Source: Octopus sinensis (taxonomy: Eukaryota). Taken from it: a stretch of DNA of 64,000 bases. Both the position numbers and the translations under genes were made by a program. The DNA is taken from contig NC_043026.1 of assembly GCF_006345805.1 (NCBI RefSeq), positions 2,914,001 to 2,978,000 of the forward strand, read 5' to 3'. Below the pieces are notes generated by a model. The model had not been told where the DNA came from and did not search any database. It worked only from the letters and a program-made list of their open reading frames with translations. Each line of letters opens with the position of its first letter. The stretch's first letter is position 1. Below are positions 1 through 13,040 of this stretch, piece after piece.

Positions 1-1005
1 AATTAAGCAGCGATGTAATCAACTGGCCCCCTCACCACAAAAATTCCAGGACTTGTTCCTATAGTAGAGAAGTATATTGCAACAGTTACAAAATATAGAA
101 AGAAGTGTAAAACTGATAACTAAATAATCCAGTCAAAATATCTCAGTTATGCAAACGTAAACGGAATTACTGTTTAACCTTAAAATACATTGTACATATT
201 CAGAGAACCTTCTTGGTTTAGTAGTGCGGAACGTTTTTCTGGTTTTCTTTTAGTCATTTGGCAGTGGCCATGCTGGAGCACTGCCTTTTAGTTGAAGAAA
301 CGAACCCATGGACTTATTCCCTATAAGCCTGGTGCTTATTCTATCATTCTCTTCCACTGAACAGCTAAATTACAAGGACGCAAACACACCAACATCAGTT
401 GTCAATTAATGGTGGTGGGGGCACAAACACAGACACATTCAATAATTAAAACAAATTCAAAATTTAAATTTCGGAACATAAGACTTAACCTGTTATCTGG
501 TGTATAACCGAATTCAAATGGGTAGAAGACCTAAAACAAATGTGTGTGTTGTTGGGGTTGGGCCCTTTAATAGCAAGGTATTTGTAAAGACACATGGCTT
601 AGTGGTTAGGAGTGTTCAGCTCTCAGTCAAAAGGTTGTGAGGTCAATTCCTAGTGATATATCACATCCTTGAGCAAGACACTTTATTCCACATTGCTCCT
701 GTCCACTCAGCTGGCAAAAGTGAGTTAGACCTATAAATCAAAGGGACCAGCCTTGTCACATTCTATGCCATGCAGAAATCTCCTTCAGAACAACGTTAAG
801 GGTACACATGTCTGTGGAGTACTCAGCCACTTGCAAAATAATTTCATGAGCAGGCTGTTCCATTGATCAGATCATCTGGAACACTCATTGTCGTAACCAA
901 CAGTGTGCCTCTGTGTGTGTGTGTGTGCGCGCGCCTGTGTGTGTGTGTGCCTGTGTGTGTGTGTGTGTATTATATTGAAGCTGTTTCTTTTTGTCTTCCC
1001 TGCAG

Positions 1006-1236
1006 AGCATCAGCCCTTTACTGCCAATTTTCCGTGAAGGTATTCTACACGGCAGCCCTGAACTGAAGGAAATGTCTGCCGAGGGTCTTGGTGAAATCAT
1101 TCAGCTGACCAGTGCTCCGGCCCTCTCACCATCGGTCATCAACATCACTGGACCACTCATTCGTATCCTGGGTGACCGCTACCCTTGCAATGTGAAAGTT
1201 GCAGTTCTGGAGACATTGAACCTTCTGTTGAATAAG
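1006..1236 (+). CDS. GCN1: GCN1 internal coding exon (HEAT-repeat region; upstream exons lie outside the window)
   Basis: tgcag acceptor and gtaagt donor. Translates SISPLLPIFREGILHGSPELKE...ITGPLIRILGDRY...LETLNLLLNK, matching the recalled GCN1 segment LPVLREGVLTGSPEQKE...SITGPLIRILGDRF. Confidence 0.95.
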
Positions 1237-1778
1237 GTAAGTCTATAAATGGAGGAGTTTGACCACTGGTCAAGATGCTTCCCATGGCGAGATAGGTTTC
1301 TTTCTCTCTCCTCCCTTCTCTAGCACTCCCTCTTCTCCCTTATCTTCTCTAGCTTTACCTCTCTCCCTGCTCTCTTCCTCTCCCCACCCTCTCTAGCTTT
1401 ACCCCATCCCCACCCCTCTCAATCTCCTCTAGCTCTCTGCCCTCTTTAGCTCTGCTCCATCCCCACTCCTCTCCTCACCCCCTCTAGCTCTCTTCCTGTC
1501 CCTACTCTCTTAGAAAAAGCTGCATCAATCCATTTCTATGGAAACAGAATGGTGAATTTTAAAATGATGATGACAGTGATTCACTTATTTCAATTTCCAT
1601 CAAGCAAATTTCTTAATAAGGTTTTGGTTTGCCTAGGGCTATAGTGAAAGACCCTTGCCCAAGGTGCCATGCCATGGGACTGAACCTGAAACCATTTGGT
1701 TGTAAAACAAACTCGTTAATCACAAGCGTCTATACCTGCATCTGTATGTATATATACACATCACAAACGCACACTCCC

Positions 1779-2838
1779 ATGAGGTGGGGTACCAAAAAGC
1801 TTCTCCAACTAGTTCCGTAGTGCACCAACAGAGTTCCACTGCAGCGTTTTGAAGCGTTTGAGGGAGGACATCCAACGAAAGTGACCAGATCTATACAGCA
1901 TGAAGAACTGAATTCTGGACAACAGTGCACCCTTTCACCAAGCTCCCCTCACCTTCTGAGTTTCTTCCCAAAAGCATGGTATCGCTTCTGTACTTGCCTT
2001 ATTCACCAGATTTAGTACCTGCAGACTTCCATCTGTAGTGGTTATATATAGACAGTTCCAGGTGTTGATGTGGCTGCATATATATTGTTACAAGAGTTCA
2101 TATAGAGATGAGGAATAAATTCAAGAACTGTATATTTACTACATAAAATTATTTTTTATTTCCTGGTCGATGACGATACATAATCAAACTGTAGAATCTA
2201 TGCAAGAAAGTTCAGAGGTAGAAGATATAGAAATAACAGCTAAGTGGTTGTTTTTCAGTCATGTGGCATAGAGAAATAGACGGACACAGCAATGACGTGA
2301 ATGGCTCTAAGTCTAATCAACTAAGAAGCAAAGATCAGGGTTAGCTAGCTGTTTTTTATTAATGCAATGCTAGACATTCTTGAAACTTCCAAGAGAAACG
2401 CTAAGCTTCTTAATTAAGAACCATGTCTCATGACACAGATGCTTCAAGAAACTTAGTAAAGGGAGGTTACTCTATAATCTTTCTTGCAAGGGAGATCATT
2501 CAATTATCCAGCTATCGCTACACATCCCTTCCCCAAGATGAATATGCAGCTCTAAAGTCTTGTTTTAACATCATTGTTGAGATCCAGAGCAAATCACAGA
2601 AGATTCTTGACTTGGATACGAGAAATAACTTCCAGGACAGATTCCCAAAGTGACAGGAATGCTGGGACAGGTGTATTGCTGTGCAAGGTGACTATTTTGA
2701 AGGAGATGTTAGAGCTTGGGTAAATAAGTCATTCTTTATTAAACATATCTAGTCCAACCCATGCCAGCATGGAAAACGGACGTTAAACGACGATGATAAA
2801 GAGGATGAGTGCAGGAGCTTTGTGATAGTACCTCATAT
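1779..2838 (+). mobile_element. Decayed Tc1/mariner element
   Basis: Imperfect terminal inverted repeats (atgaggt...aaagct and agcttt...acctcat). 2660-2708 reads as a mariner transposase C-terminus (WDRCIAVQGDYFEGD). Confidence 0.55.
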
Positions 2839-2942
2839 ACCTTCCACCCTTCTATATACTCAAAACGTCTCACACACACTCGTCTGATATACACCACACT
2901 TCCGTTACATGACCACCACCTCTCAATTTCTGCATTTTACAG

Positions 2943-3136
2943 GTCGGCGCAATCATGAAGCCATTCCTACCTCAGTTACAGACAACGTTCACGAAGGCCC
3001 TCAATGATGCCAACCGCACGGTGAGGTTAAGAGCAGCATCTGCCATGGGGGGCCTCATTGTGATACATACTCGGGTGGAACCTCTCATCACCGAGTTACA
3101 TACAAACATCAAAACCACAGACGATACCAGCATCAG
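2943..3136 (+). CDS. GCN1: GCN1 coding exon
   Basis: ttttacag acceptor, gtgagt donor. VGAIMKPFLPQLQTTFTKALNDANRTVRLRAA; KPFLPQLQTTFTKAL is a GCN1 signature. Phase 0 in, phase 2 out. Confidence 0.96.
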
Positions 3137-3435
3137 GTGAGTACCATCCTTCATCTGCCCTTCCTTGTTGCTTAGCCCCAGCTCACAGATCTAACCATCC
3201 CCTCTTTTATTCGGTCATAGTGTACCTAGGAAGACATCATTTAATGTGTCGTTCCTTGTTGTTTAGCCCAAAGTCAGTCCTGATCCAACTGACCTACGGT
3301 CAAAGACGTTCCAGCTGTGACCATCCTGTTTGTTTTTGTTCAGACATAGTGTATTTGGGACAACATTATCTAATTTATCCTTTGCTGTTCAGCAGCCCTT
3401 AATCTCTCTCTCACCAATCCTTGTTTATTTTCCAG

Positions 3436-3647
3436 GGACACAACATTGCAGGCTCTGCGGAACTGTGTGGGTGGATCAAAGGGAAAGATAAGCGACAATC
3501 TTCGAAAGACACTGAGCGGGACCCTGCTACGGTTGTTGAACAGCCCTGAGGACACGACACGCCTGATTGCAGCTGGCTGCCTTGGGGCCCTGACTGTTAC
3601 ATTGCCAGACAGTGATTTCACTGACATGATGAATAGCCATTTGATGG
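3436..3647 (+). CDS. GCN1: GCN1 coding exon
   Basis: ttttccag acceptor, gtaaga donor. (R)DTTLQALRNCVGGSKGKI...EDTTRLIAAGCLGAL; phase compatible with the previous exon. Confidence 0.93.
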
Positions 3648-3671
3648 GTAAGAAGTGGCAGCTGGTGTGAA

Positions 3672-4075
3672 GTGTACACACACACACACATGTATATGCA
3701 ACACACACACACATGTATACATATACACACACACGCATGTATACATACACACACACAGACATATATATGCAACACACACAAACAGACATATATATGCAAC
3801 ACACACACATGTATACATACACGTACACAGGCATATATATGCAACACACACACATGTATACATATACACACACACATGTATACATATACACACACACACA
3901 CATATATATATATATGCAACACACACATGTATACATACACACACACACAGACATATATGCAACACACACACATGTATACATATACACACACACATATATA
4001 TATGCAACACACAGATGTATACATACACACACAGACATATATGCATCACACACACACACATACATGTATACATAT

Positions 4076-4109
<34 letters not shown>

Positions 4110-4137
4110 GCAACACACACACACACACATATGCATG
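3672..4137. repeat. Compound CA/TA minisatellite
   Basis: Repeated atatatgcaacacacacacatgtatacata units. Confidence 0.9.
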
Positions 4138-4534
4138 TGTACAAGGTCTGATGAGAAAGTACTGAGACTGGTGTTATTAAAAAGAAAACTACAGCATTTA
4201 ATCCCCCTCAAAGTTGTCCCCTTAACCCATAACAGTTCAACATTCAAGGGCAATCTGTGCCAAGCAACTTCATTCTGCGTACTTTAGCTCTGTTACCGTA
4301 GCAACAATCCTACTACTTTACAATCAGATCTTATATATATGTATATATATATAAATATATATATATGTATATATATATGTATATATATATAAATATATAT
4401 ATGTATATATATATGTATATATATATGTATATATATATAAATATATATATGCATATATATGTATGTATATATATTTATGTATATATATATGTATATAAAT
4501 GGAGTTGAACGAAGATGTTATTGAAATTCTTTTA

Positions 4535-4615
4535 CTTTCAACATATGTTTCGAAGACAACATTGGATTTATTCCAAAGGAATAAACGGTGTAAAATGCAA
4601 TCTTCTCATCAGGAA
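4535..4615 (-). ncRNA. Type I hammerhead-ribozyme motif (inverted copy)
   Basis: Minus strand reads ttc-CTGATGA-gaaga...tcttc-GAA-ACATATGT-T-gaaag: intact core, GUU site. Confidence 0.65.
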
Positions 4616-5261
4616 TGAAAGAAAATGCTATATACCAGTGTAAAATTTCTTCCGGTACCGATGTCTACTTCTACATAGGCGCATCCTCTTCCCAGTTATC
4701 TAAGAGAATTTCAAATCATTATTCATCATTTAGGGATAGCAGAAAACGCCATAGCACAGGGCTAAGTAAATTGGTTTGGCATCTTAAAGACAACAATAAA
4801 GATTTTAAGTTAGATTGGTTCATCCTGTTCGTATCTTTTCCTTATGATAAGGGCAAGAGATTTTGTAACATTTGCAACTCTGAACTCTTCCATATTCTCT
4901 TCTCTAAGAATCACCTTGTTAACACACTCATAAAGCGATCTTACAAATGTAAACACTGGCAGAAACATACCTTTAACTCATATAAGTGATTTCGCCAGTC
5001 TTTATAGTTTGAACAGTTAGTTTAACTTGCACTTTACTTCTATAGAGAAATCTACTTCCAAGTCTTTGATCGTTTTTTCAACCAACATATCCCTCTTTAT
5101 TTGTTCTCTACTTATTATTTCTTTAACCCTTCTCTTTCTAGTATCTACCTTTGACGTCAAATCTACTAACGTTTTTTTTAAATACTTAATAACGTTCTGT
5201 TTATCATGTAGGCAGTCATCGTATTTGTTATAATGTCTTGTTGTTGAGATAGGCTCTCTTT

Positions 5262-5344
5262 CTTTCCTGATGGGAAGATTGTATTTTACACCGTTTATTC
5301 CTTTGGAATAAAACTAATGTTGTCTTCGAAACATATGTCGAAAG
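5262..5344 (+). ncRNA. Type I hammerhead-ribozyme motif (A9-to-G core variant)
   Basis: ctttc-CTGATGG-gaaga...tcttc-GAA-ACATATGT-C-gaaag: stem I, stem II, palindromic stem III and a GUC site. Confidence 0.65.
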
Positions 5345-5559
5345 TAAAAGGATTTCAATAACATCTTCATTCAACTCCATTTATTTACTTATACTACACA
5401 AATTACTGCACATTAACCTGGAGTTTCTACCTTTGAATAGGTCGCTTCATCCGTGTTACTTGCGTGAATTTTGCTACCCTGGTAACTCTTTATTGAATTT
5501 TCCATGTTAAGGGTAGACAAAGAATAATTCATTCATCAATTTATATATATGTATGTATG

Positions 5560-5591
<32 letters not shown>

Positions 5592-5626
5592 TATATATAT
5601 ATGTATTATATATATATATATGTATG

Positions 5627-5657
<31 letters not shown>

Positions 5658-6329
5658 ATGTATGTATATATATAATATATATATGTATGTTATATATATA
5701 TATGTATATATATGTATATATATATATGTATGTATATATGTAAGTATATATATAATATATATATGTATGTATATATATACTATATATATATGTATGTATG
5801 TATATATATACTATATATATGTATGTATATATATACTATGTATATATGTATGTATATATATAATATATATATGTAGTATTCCCTCATTACCCTGTCTAGC
5901 TCAAACATTTTTTTTTTTCGTTTAGACTTGTCTCCAGGTTCATAGCCACTCTGATTTTTCAATTTTTCAATTTTTCGTTTAGCATTGTCTCCCGATTCAT
6001 ACAAACCCATTTGCTAGCTCACGATTAACAGAACCTCTTTACTCAGCTACGGTGCACCCGCCCTCCCACCCCCACCACGCATGCCGGAAGTTCCTATTCT
6101 CTTCCATTCCGGGGTTGCTTCCCATGAAGACTGCAAATGCTCACCATCCCTACCCCTCCCTACCCCTAGTCTCGACCTATGTAAGGTAATGTTCATACAG
6201 TGCAAAATATGAAAGGCTAGCGTTATGCAGGTTGTACTGAAGGCTACTTTACTACTTCATTTCTTGCACATGAATTCTGCCAAATGCGAGCTTTCTTTTC
6301 AGGTACACGAAGCTACTGTCCACCGTCCC

Positions 6330-9300
6330 AGGGTTTCTAGAGCCATGCCTTCCACACCCTCAGGGTTGGCACCCTCAACGTTGGCACTCTGAAAGGTAGG
6401 CTGGTGAGATAGTCGAGATGCTTGAACGGAGATGTGTGGATATATGTTGCATGCAAGAAATAAGGTGGAGAGGAGGATCAGCTAGGTTCCTCACAGGCAA
6501 GGAACACAGGTACAAGATTTTCTGGGCAGGGAACACTGACGGGGTTGGTGGCGTGGGTATACTTATCGCTGAGAAATGGGTAGATAAAGTAATTGAGGTA
6601 ATCAGAGTAAGTGACAGAATACTTAAGATTAGATTAGTGCTTCATCATAGTTTAGCAACCATTATATCAGCCTATGCTCCTCAGTCGGGGCTACCGATGG
6701 ACAGAAAGACCAATTCTATGACACTCTACTGCAGACTACCTCATTGACGAACGACAGAGACCTTATCTTTGTGGCTGGTGACTTCAATGGTCACGTTGGA
6801 CGACATGCTGGGGGCTTCCATGGCGTACATGGAGGCTATGGCTATGGCTCCCGCAACGAGGAGGGAACCAGGCTGCTGGAGTTCTGCGATGCAAATAATC
6901 TTATGATTTGCAACACTAACTTCAGGAAACCTACCAGCCACCTAGTCACTTACCAATCGGGCCAACATACCAGCCAAATTGACTACATCCTTACAAGGCA
7001 AAGGGAGAGATGGCTGCTTATAAATGCCAAAACCTTCCCAGGTGAAGAATGTACCCCACAACATAGACTGGTAGTTAGTGACTTTAGGATCAGGACTAGG
7101 AGGACAACCAGAAGACGACAAATATGGAGAAGAAGGATCTGGAAGCTTAAAGATCCTGCAAATGGACAGAGATTTAGGGACATATTACTTGAAGCCTCTG
7201 ACGAAGTAGAAGGGGATAGAGCATCACAGGGGGTAGAAGACAGCTGGACGTTTCTAAGGGACAACCTGCTGAGAGCCACTGACCAGATCTGTGGCTGGTG
7301 CAAAGTCCCCTCTCGACCTAGAATAATGTGGTGGTGGAACAATATTGTAGACAGGGCTATTAGAGAAAAGAGACAGGCTTGGAAGGTCTGGAAAAATGGG
7401 GGTAGCAGGGAATTGTATCAGACTGCCAAAAGAGAAGCTAGGAGACAGGTTTATTTAGCCAGAGGGGAAGCAGATAAGAAAAAATTTGCCAATGTTCTGT
7501 GCCGTGAGGACCAAAGACTGGAGGTGTTTCGTGTTGCAAGACAGTGTGTGAGAGAGAATCGTGATGTGGTAGGAGAGAAGTGTGTTCGCATGGAAGATGG
7601 TTCACTTGCGCTAAATGAGGATGCAAAGAGAGAGGTTTGGAGATGCCACTATGAAAGCTTGCTGAATGAGAAAATGAATGGGATAAAGAGAGTCTGCCGA
7701 ATGTTGACCCAACAGAGGGACCAGCTATCCGAGTTGATAGTTCCGTGGTAGCTAAGGCAATAGAAGCATGAAGACAGGGAAAGCCCCAGGCCCATCAGGA
7801 ATCACTGCAGAGATGCTCAAAATGTCTGGTAGTGTCGGCTATAGCCTAGTCACCATATAGTTAATCAGGTGATACACAAAGGGGTCATACCAATGACTGG
7901 TGTAGCAGTATAATAGTCAACTGCTACAAAGGTAAAGGTGATGCCCTAGATACAAATAACTACAGAGGTATCAAGCTGTTGGACCAGGTGATGAAGGTTA
8001 CGGAGAGGGTCATAGCCCAACTAATTAGAGAGAGAGTTAGTTTAGATGAGATGCAGTTTGGGTTTGTGCCAGGGAAAAGTACTACTGATGCTATATTCCT
8101 GGTAAGGCAGCTGCAGGAGAAATACCTAGCCAAAGATAAGCCCCTGTACCTGGCTTTTGTTGACATGGAGAAAGCCTTCGACAGGGTCCCCCGATCCCTT
8201 ATCTGGTAGGCAATGAGAAAACTAGGGATAGATGAATGGTTAGTGAGAGCTGTGCGGGCCATGTATAGGGACGCCGCTAGTAGGGTGAGGGTTGGAAATG
8301 AGTACAGTGAAGAATTCCAGGTAGAGGTAGGGGTCCACCAAGGCTCAGTACTCAGCCCCCTCCTATTTATCATAGTCCTCCAGGCAATAACGGAGGAATT
8401 CAAGACAGGATGCCCTTGGGAGCTCCTCTATGCTGATGACCTTGCTCTAATTGCTGAGTCGCTATCAGAACTGGAGGAGAAGTTTCAGGTGTGGAAACAA
8501 GGATTAGAATCGAAGGGCCTCAGAGTCAATCTAGCTAAAACCAAAGTCGTAATCAGTAGGAAGGTAGACAAATCACAAACGCCTTAAGGTAGTTGGCCTG
8601 CTCGATCTGTAGAAAAGGTGTAGGTAGAAACTCTATAAGATGCACCAAGTGTAAGCTATGGACACATAAGAGGTGCAGCAATGTCAAAGGAAGGCTAACT
8701 AGGAAGATGGTTTTTGTATGTGGCAGATGCTCAGGAACAATAAACACTGAAAATGCTCTGAGACCAACTTCCGTCACTTTCCAGGGAGAAAAACTAGAAA
8801 TAGTTGATAGTTTCCGTTACCTAGGTGACCAAGTCAGCAGCGGGGGGCGGGTGTGCTGAAAGTGTAACTGCTAGAGTAAGAATAGCTTGGTCAAAGTTCA
8901 GAGAGCTCTTACCTCTGCTGGTGACAAAAGGCCTCTCGCACAGAGTGAAAGGCAGACTGTATGATGCGTGTGTACGAACAGCCATGCTACATGGCAGTGA
9001 AACATGGGCCGTGACTGCTGAGGATATGCGTAAGCTCGCTAGAAATGAAGCCAGTATGCTCCGATGGATGTGTAATGCCGGTACTCACACTCGGCAGAGT
9101 GTAAGTACCTTGAGAGAAAAGCTGGACCTAAGAAGCATCAGTTGTGGTGTGCAAGAGAGACGTTGCGCTGGTATGGTCATGTGGCGAGAATGGATGAAGA
9201 TAGTTGTGTGAAAAAGTGCCACACCCTAGCGGTTGAGGGAACCTGTGGAAGAGGCAGACCCAGGAAAACCTGGGACGAGGTGGTGAAGCACGACCTTCGA

Positions 9301-9982
9301 ACTTTAGGTCTCACTGAGGAAATGACTAGAGACCGAGACCTCTGGAAGTGTGCTGTGCGTGAGAAGACCCGGCAGGACAAGTGAGTCCACAACCCGTGGC
9401 CTTCTACATGGGATGGAGCCAGCCTACGTATGCATACCTTCCCTTCTTGGGACACAAAACTCTACTTGTGAAGACGTGTTGAGGCAAGTGAGGATCAGAA
9501 TCGAAATCGATCAATGGAAATTGCGGATGTGCTACCAGTGCCGGTGGCATGTCGAAACTCTGCTTGTGAAGACCCATTGAGGCAAGTGAGGATCAGAATC
9601 GAAATCGATCAATGGAAATTGCAGATGTGTTACCAGTGCCGGTGGCATGTAAGAGAACTTTCCGTTTCGCGACCGTTGCCAGCACCGCCCCGTTTTGTGT
9701 CCGTTGCCAGCCTCGCCTGGCCCTCGTGCCGGTGGCACATAAAAAGCACCATCCGTTCGTGGCCGTTTGCCAGCTCTGTCTGGCACCAGTGCGGGTGGCA
9801 CGTAAAATGCACCCACTACACTCACGGAGTGGTTGGCGTTAGGAAGGGCATCCAGCCGTAGAAACACTGCCAGATTTGACTGGGCCTGATGAAGCCTTCT
9901 GGCTTCACAGACCCCAGTAGAACCGTCCAACCCATGCTAGCATGGAAAACGGATGCTAAATGATGATGATGATGATGATGAT
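6330..9982 (+). mobile_element. Near full-length RTE-clade LINE (APE endonuclease, reverse transcriptase, PHD-like finger), disabled by frameshifts and stops
   Basis: APE motifs (MQEIRW, AGDFNGH, SQIDYIL), RT motifs (FVDMEKAFDRV, GVHQGSVLSPLLF, LLYADDL), GRGRPRKTW C-terminus, 3' UTR ending in (GAT)n. Confidence 0.93.
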
Positions 9983-10839
9983 ATATGTATGTATATTATA
10001 TACTATGTATATATGTATGTATATATATACTATATATATATGTATGTATATATATACTATATATATATGTATGTATATATATATACTATATATATATGTA
10101 TGTATATATATACTATATATATATGTATGTATATATATACTATATATATAGTATGTATATAATATACTATATATATATGTATGTATATATATATATATAT
10201 ATATATGTATATTATACTATATATATATGTATGTATATATATACTATATATATGTATGTATATATATATACTATATATATATATATGTATATATATATAC
10301 ATACATATATGTATGTATATATATATACTATATATATACTATATATATATATATATATAGGTATGTATATATATAATATATATATGTATGTATATACTAT
10401 ATATATATGTATGTATATATAATATATATATATATATGTATGTATATATATATATAATATATATATATGTATATATATATATGTAATATATGTGTGTGTA
10501 TAGTTTTCTATGTGGCTGGCTCCTGTCAAGTGTCCTATCCACCATACATACATGGAAGATGGACGTTAAACAATGATGATACACACTCATACATATATAT
10601 GAAAAGACGCACACATTTATAGATTATATTCACATCCCCATTGGTGAGGGTTAGTGACAGGAAGGGCATCTGGTTGTTAAGGATCTACCTCAACAAATCC
10701 CATCTGATCCATGGTGGTGGATGATGATGATGATGCTGTTGCTGGTGTGTGAAGCATGAGAGAACTGCATCATCATCCGTTTTTCATGCTGGCATGTGTT
10801 GGACGGTTTGACAGGAGCTGACTTGCCACACAACTGACC

Positions 10840-11540
10840 ATCATCATCATTGTTCGACCGTGGTCGAGACAATGGAATTTACCATGCTACGCTAGACTTC
10901 ACGGTCCATCATGGCATTACGGAGGTCCTGTTGCTGGATGCCTGTATCCCTGGAGATTACATCAGGGTAGGAGAGTGTGCGCCCTCTGGTATTGCGAGCA
11001 GATGGCTTCCAGAGGAGAAGAGTAGAAATTACCTTGTTTTCTGCTCTACAACAATGTCCAGCAAACTGAACTCTCCTACCTTTCACAAGAGATGGTATAT
11101 ATGTATGTATATATATATATATATATACCATCATCATCATTGTTCGACCATGGTCGAGACAATGGAATTTACCATGCTACACCAGACTTCATAGTCCATC
11201 ATGGCATTACGGAGGTCCTGTTGCTGGATGCCTGTATCCCTGGAGATTAGATCAGGGTAGGAGAGCGTGCGCCCTCTGGTATCGCGAGTAGATGGCTTCC
11301 AGAGGAGAAGAGTAGAGATTACTTCTTTTTCAGCTCTACAACAATGTCCAGCAAACTGGACTCTCCTACCTTTCACAAGAGATGACACAGGTGGTAGTTT
11401 CCCATATATTTGTACTTTGGTTGGATGACGCTTCCACGAGAGATTTTGAGCTCTCATAAGGAGGCGAGTGTAGGTTCTATCCAACTGCCTCTCAAGCTTC
11501 TTTGATAACGTCCAGGTTTCTGAGCCATATAGTAGAACCA
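10840..11540 (-). mobile_element. Two tandem 3' fragments of a second RTE-like LINE family
   Basis: LLYGSETWTLSKKLERQLD...VQFAGHCCRAEKE; 10840-11098 is duplicated at 11128-11385; (GAT)n tails. Confidence 0.8.
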
Positions 11541-12455
11541 AGCTCTGCTGTCTGATTCGACATGGTTGCCATGGTTGGAAGCCCTTCTTAACATCAACCA
11601 CTTTTACAGGGTGTGTTGGGTTTTTTTTTTTTGTGTATGTCCCCAGCAGCAGTGAGGTCACCAGGTAACTTTGCTGGGCAAGACCCCACCCAACTGGGGG
11701 AGCAGGGGTCCTACACCCTGGTTATGGGTGTATAATGAAGTGGGTGGGGGTGTAATGAATAGTCAGTGGTAGAAGGAGGAGGTAATTAGGAGGATTTTTT
11801 GTGGGGGAGGATTCAGTGGGGACATATTATGTGCAGGGTAAGGGGAGAAACAGCAGAGGTCAGCATGGGTGGGCATGGATTGTACATATAAATTTTTTTG
11901 GGTATTTAATCATTTTTTACTCGTTTCATTTGACTGTGGCCATGCTGGGGCACCTCCTTCAAGAACGTTTTCAAACAAATTGAGCACAAGATTTTTTGTT
12001 TTTAATGCCTATCAGTCTCTATTGCCAAACTGCTGCGTTATGGGGCCATAAGCACACCAAGGAGGCACGTGGCTTAGTGGTTTGGGTGTTGGACTCATCA
12101 TTGTAAGACTGTGGTTTCAATTCTTGGACCAGGCATTGCATTCAATGATTGATGCATTTAAACTGGAATGCTGTTGTAAACTTACACTATGAAGGAACTT
12201 GTTATTCTCCACAAAGGTTTGTGTGAAATTTACCCCAGTATGGCACTGGTACTTTATCAACCCTGATACACAAACACATACATGCAAACACGCACACACA
12301 GTGGGCTTCTGCCAGTTTCCGTCTACCAGATCCACTCACAAGGCTTTGGTCAGCCCAGAGTTTACAGTAGAAAAACACTTGCTTCGTGTGCGATTCGAAC
12401 CCTTGATCATATGGTTGAGAAGACGTGTGTTAACTTCTTTTCTGTTTCCCTACAG

Positions 12456-12604
12456 ATACGGACAATGGATCAGACTGGACCCTGCGACATGGACGCAGCG
12501 TTGCCCTTGCTGTAGCCATCAAAGAAGGGGCTGACCGTGTCCTGGTTCCCAGCCTCCAGCCTGCCGTCTTCCAAACTGTCACACACTTCACTGCTGCTGA
12601 CAGG
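12456..12604 (+). CDS. GCN1: GCN1 coding exon (this frame is not in the ORF track)
   Basis: ccctacag acceptor, gtaagt donor. (D)TDNGSDWTLRHGRSVALAVAIKEGADR...FTAADR, compared with recalled human DWMVRHGRSLALSVAV...ATADR. Phase 1 in, phase 0 out. Confidence 0.93.
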
Positions 12605-12664
12605 GTAAGTCATTCCAATGAAATTTCCCAGCCTTTCTCCATCTTCTTTTTTCTCTTTCTTTTC

Positions 12665-13040
12665 CTTCATCATCTTCGTTTAGCGTCCGCTTTCCATGTT
12701 GGCATGGGATGGACGGTTCGACCGGGGATCTGGGAAGCCAGAAGGCTGCACCAGGCTCCAGTCTTGATCTGGCAATGTTTCTACAGCTGGATGCCCTTCC
12801 TAACGCCAACCACTCCGTGAGTGTAGTGGGTGCTTTTTACGTGCCACCTGCACTGGTGCCAGGCGAGGCTGGCAACGGCCACGGTCAGATTGGTGCATTT
12901 TATGTGCCACTGGCACGGAAGCCAGTTGAGGCAATGCTGGCATCAGCCACGATTCGGATAGCGCTTTTTACGTACCACCAGTCCAGGGGTCCTGGCAACT
13001 GCCGGGTGCCAGTCATAGGATTGGTTCAATTTCGATTCCC
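12665..13040 (-). mobile_element. 5'-truncated RTE 3' end (other copies at about 13918-14100 -, 15290-15710 -, 18590-18740 +, 28580-28742 +, 41000-41150 -)
   Basis: Reverse complement of the 9690-9975 3' UTR (ggagtggttggcgttaggaagggcatccagc...catggaaa...gatgatg). Confidence 0.85.

Larger units (their letters stand above)
4497..5545. mobile_element. Penelope-like retroelement remnant: GIY-YIG endonuclease ORF (4615-4989, +) between inverted pseudo-LTR segments, inserted in (TA)n
   Basis: ORF has AIYQC...YIGAS...KRISNH...CNIC, typical of Penelope GIY-YIG. 4497-4614 and 5265-5382 are reverse complements. TA microsatellite on both sides. Confidence 0.8.

Noticed and set aside
3370-4287. Long ORFs rich in CV/HT/YI (also 9953-10614, 29041-30779, 47560-48150, 49245-52361)
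   Set aside because: Translations of dinucleotide and tetranucleotide microsatellites that happen to lack stop codons; not genes.
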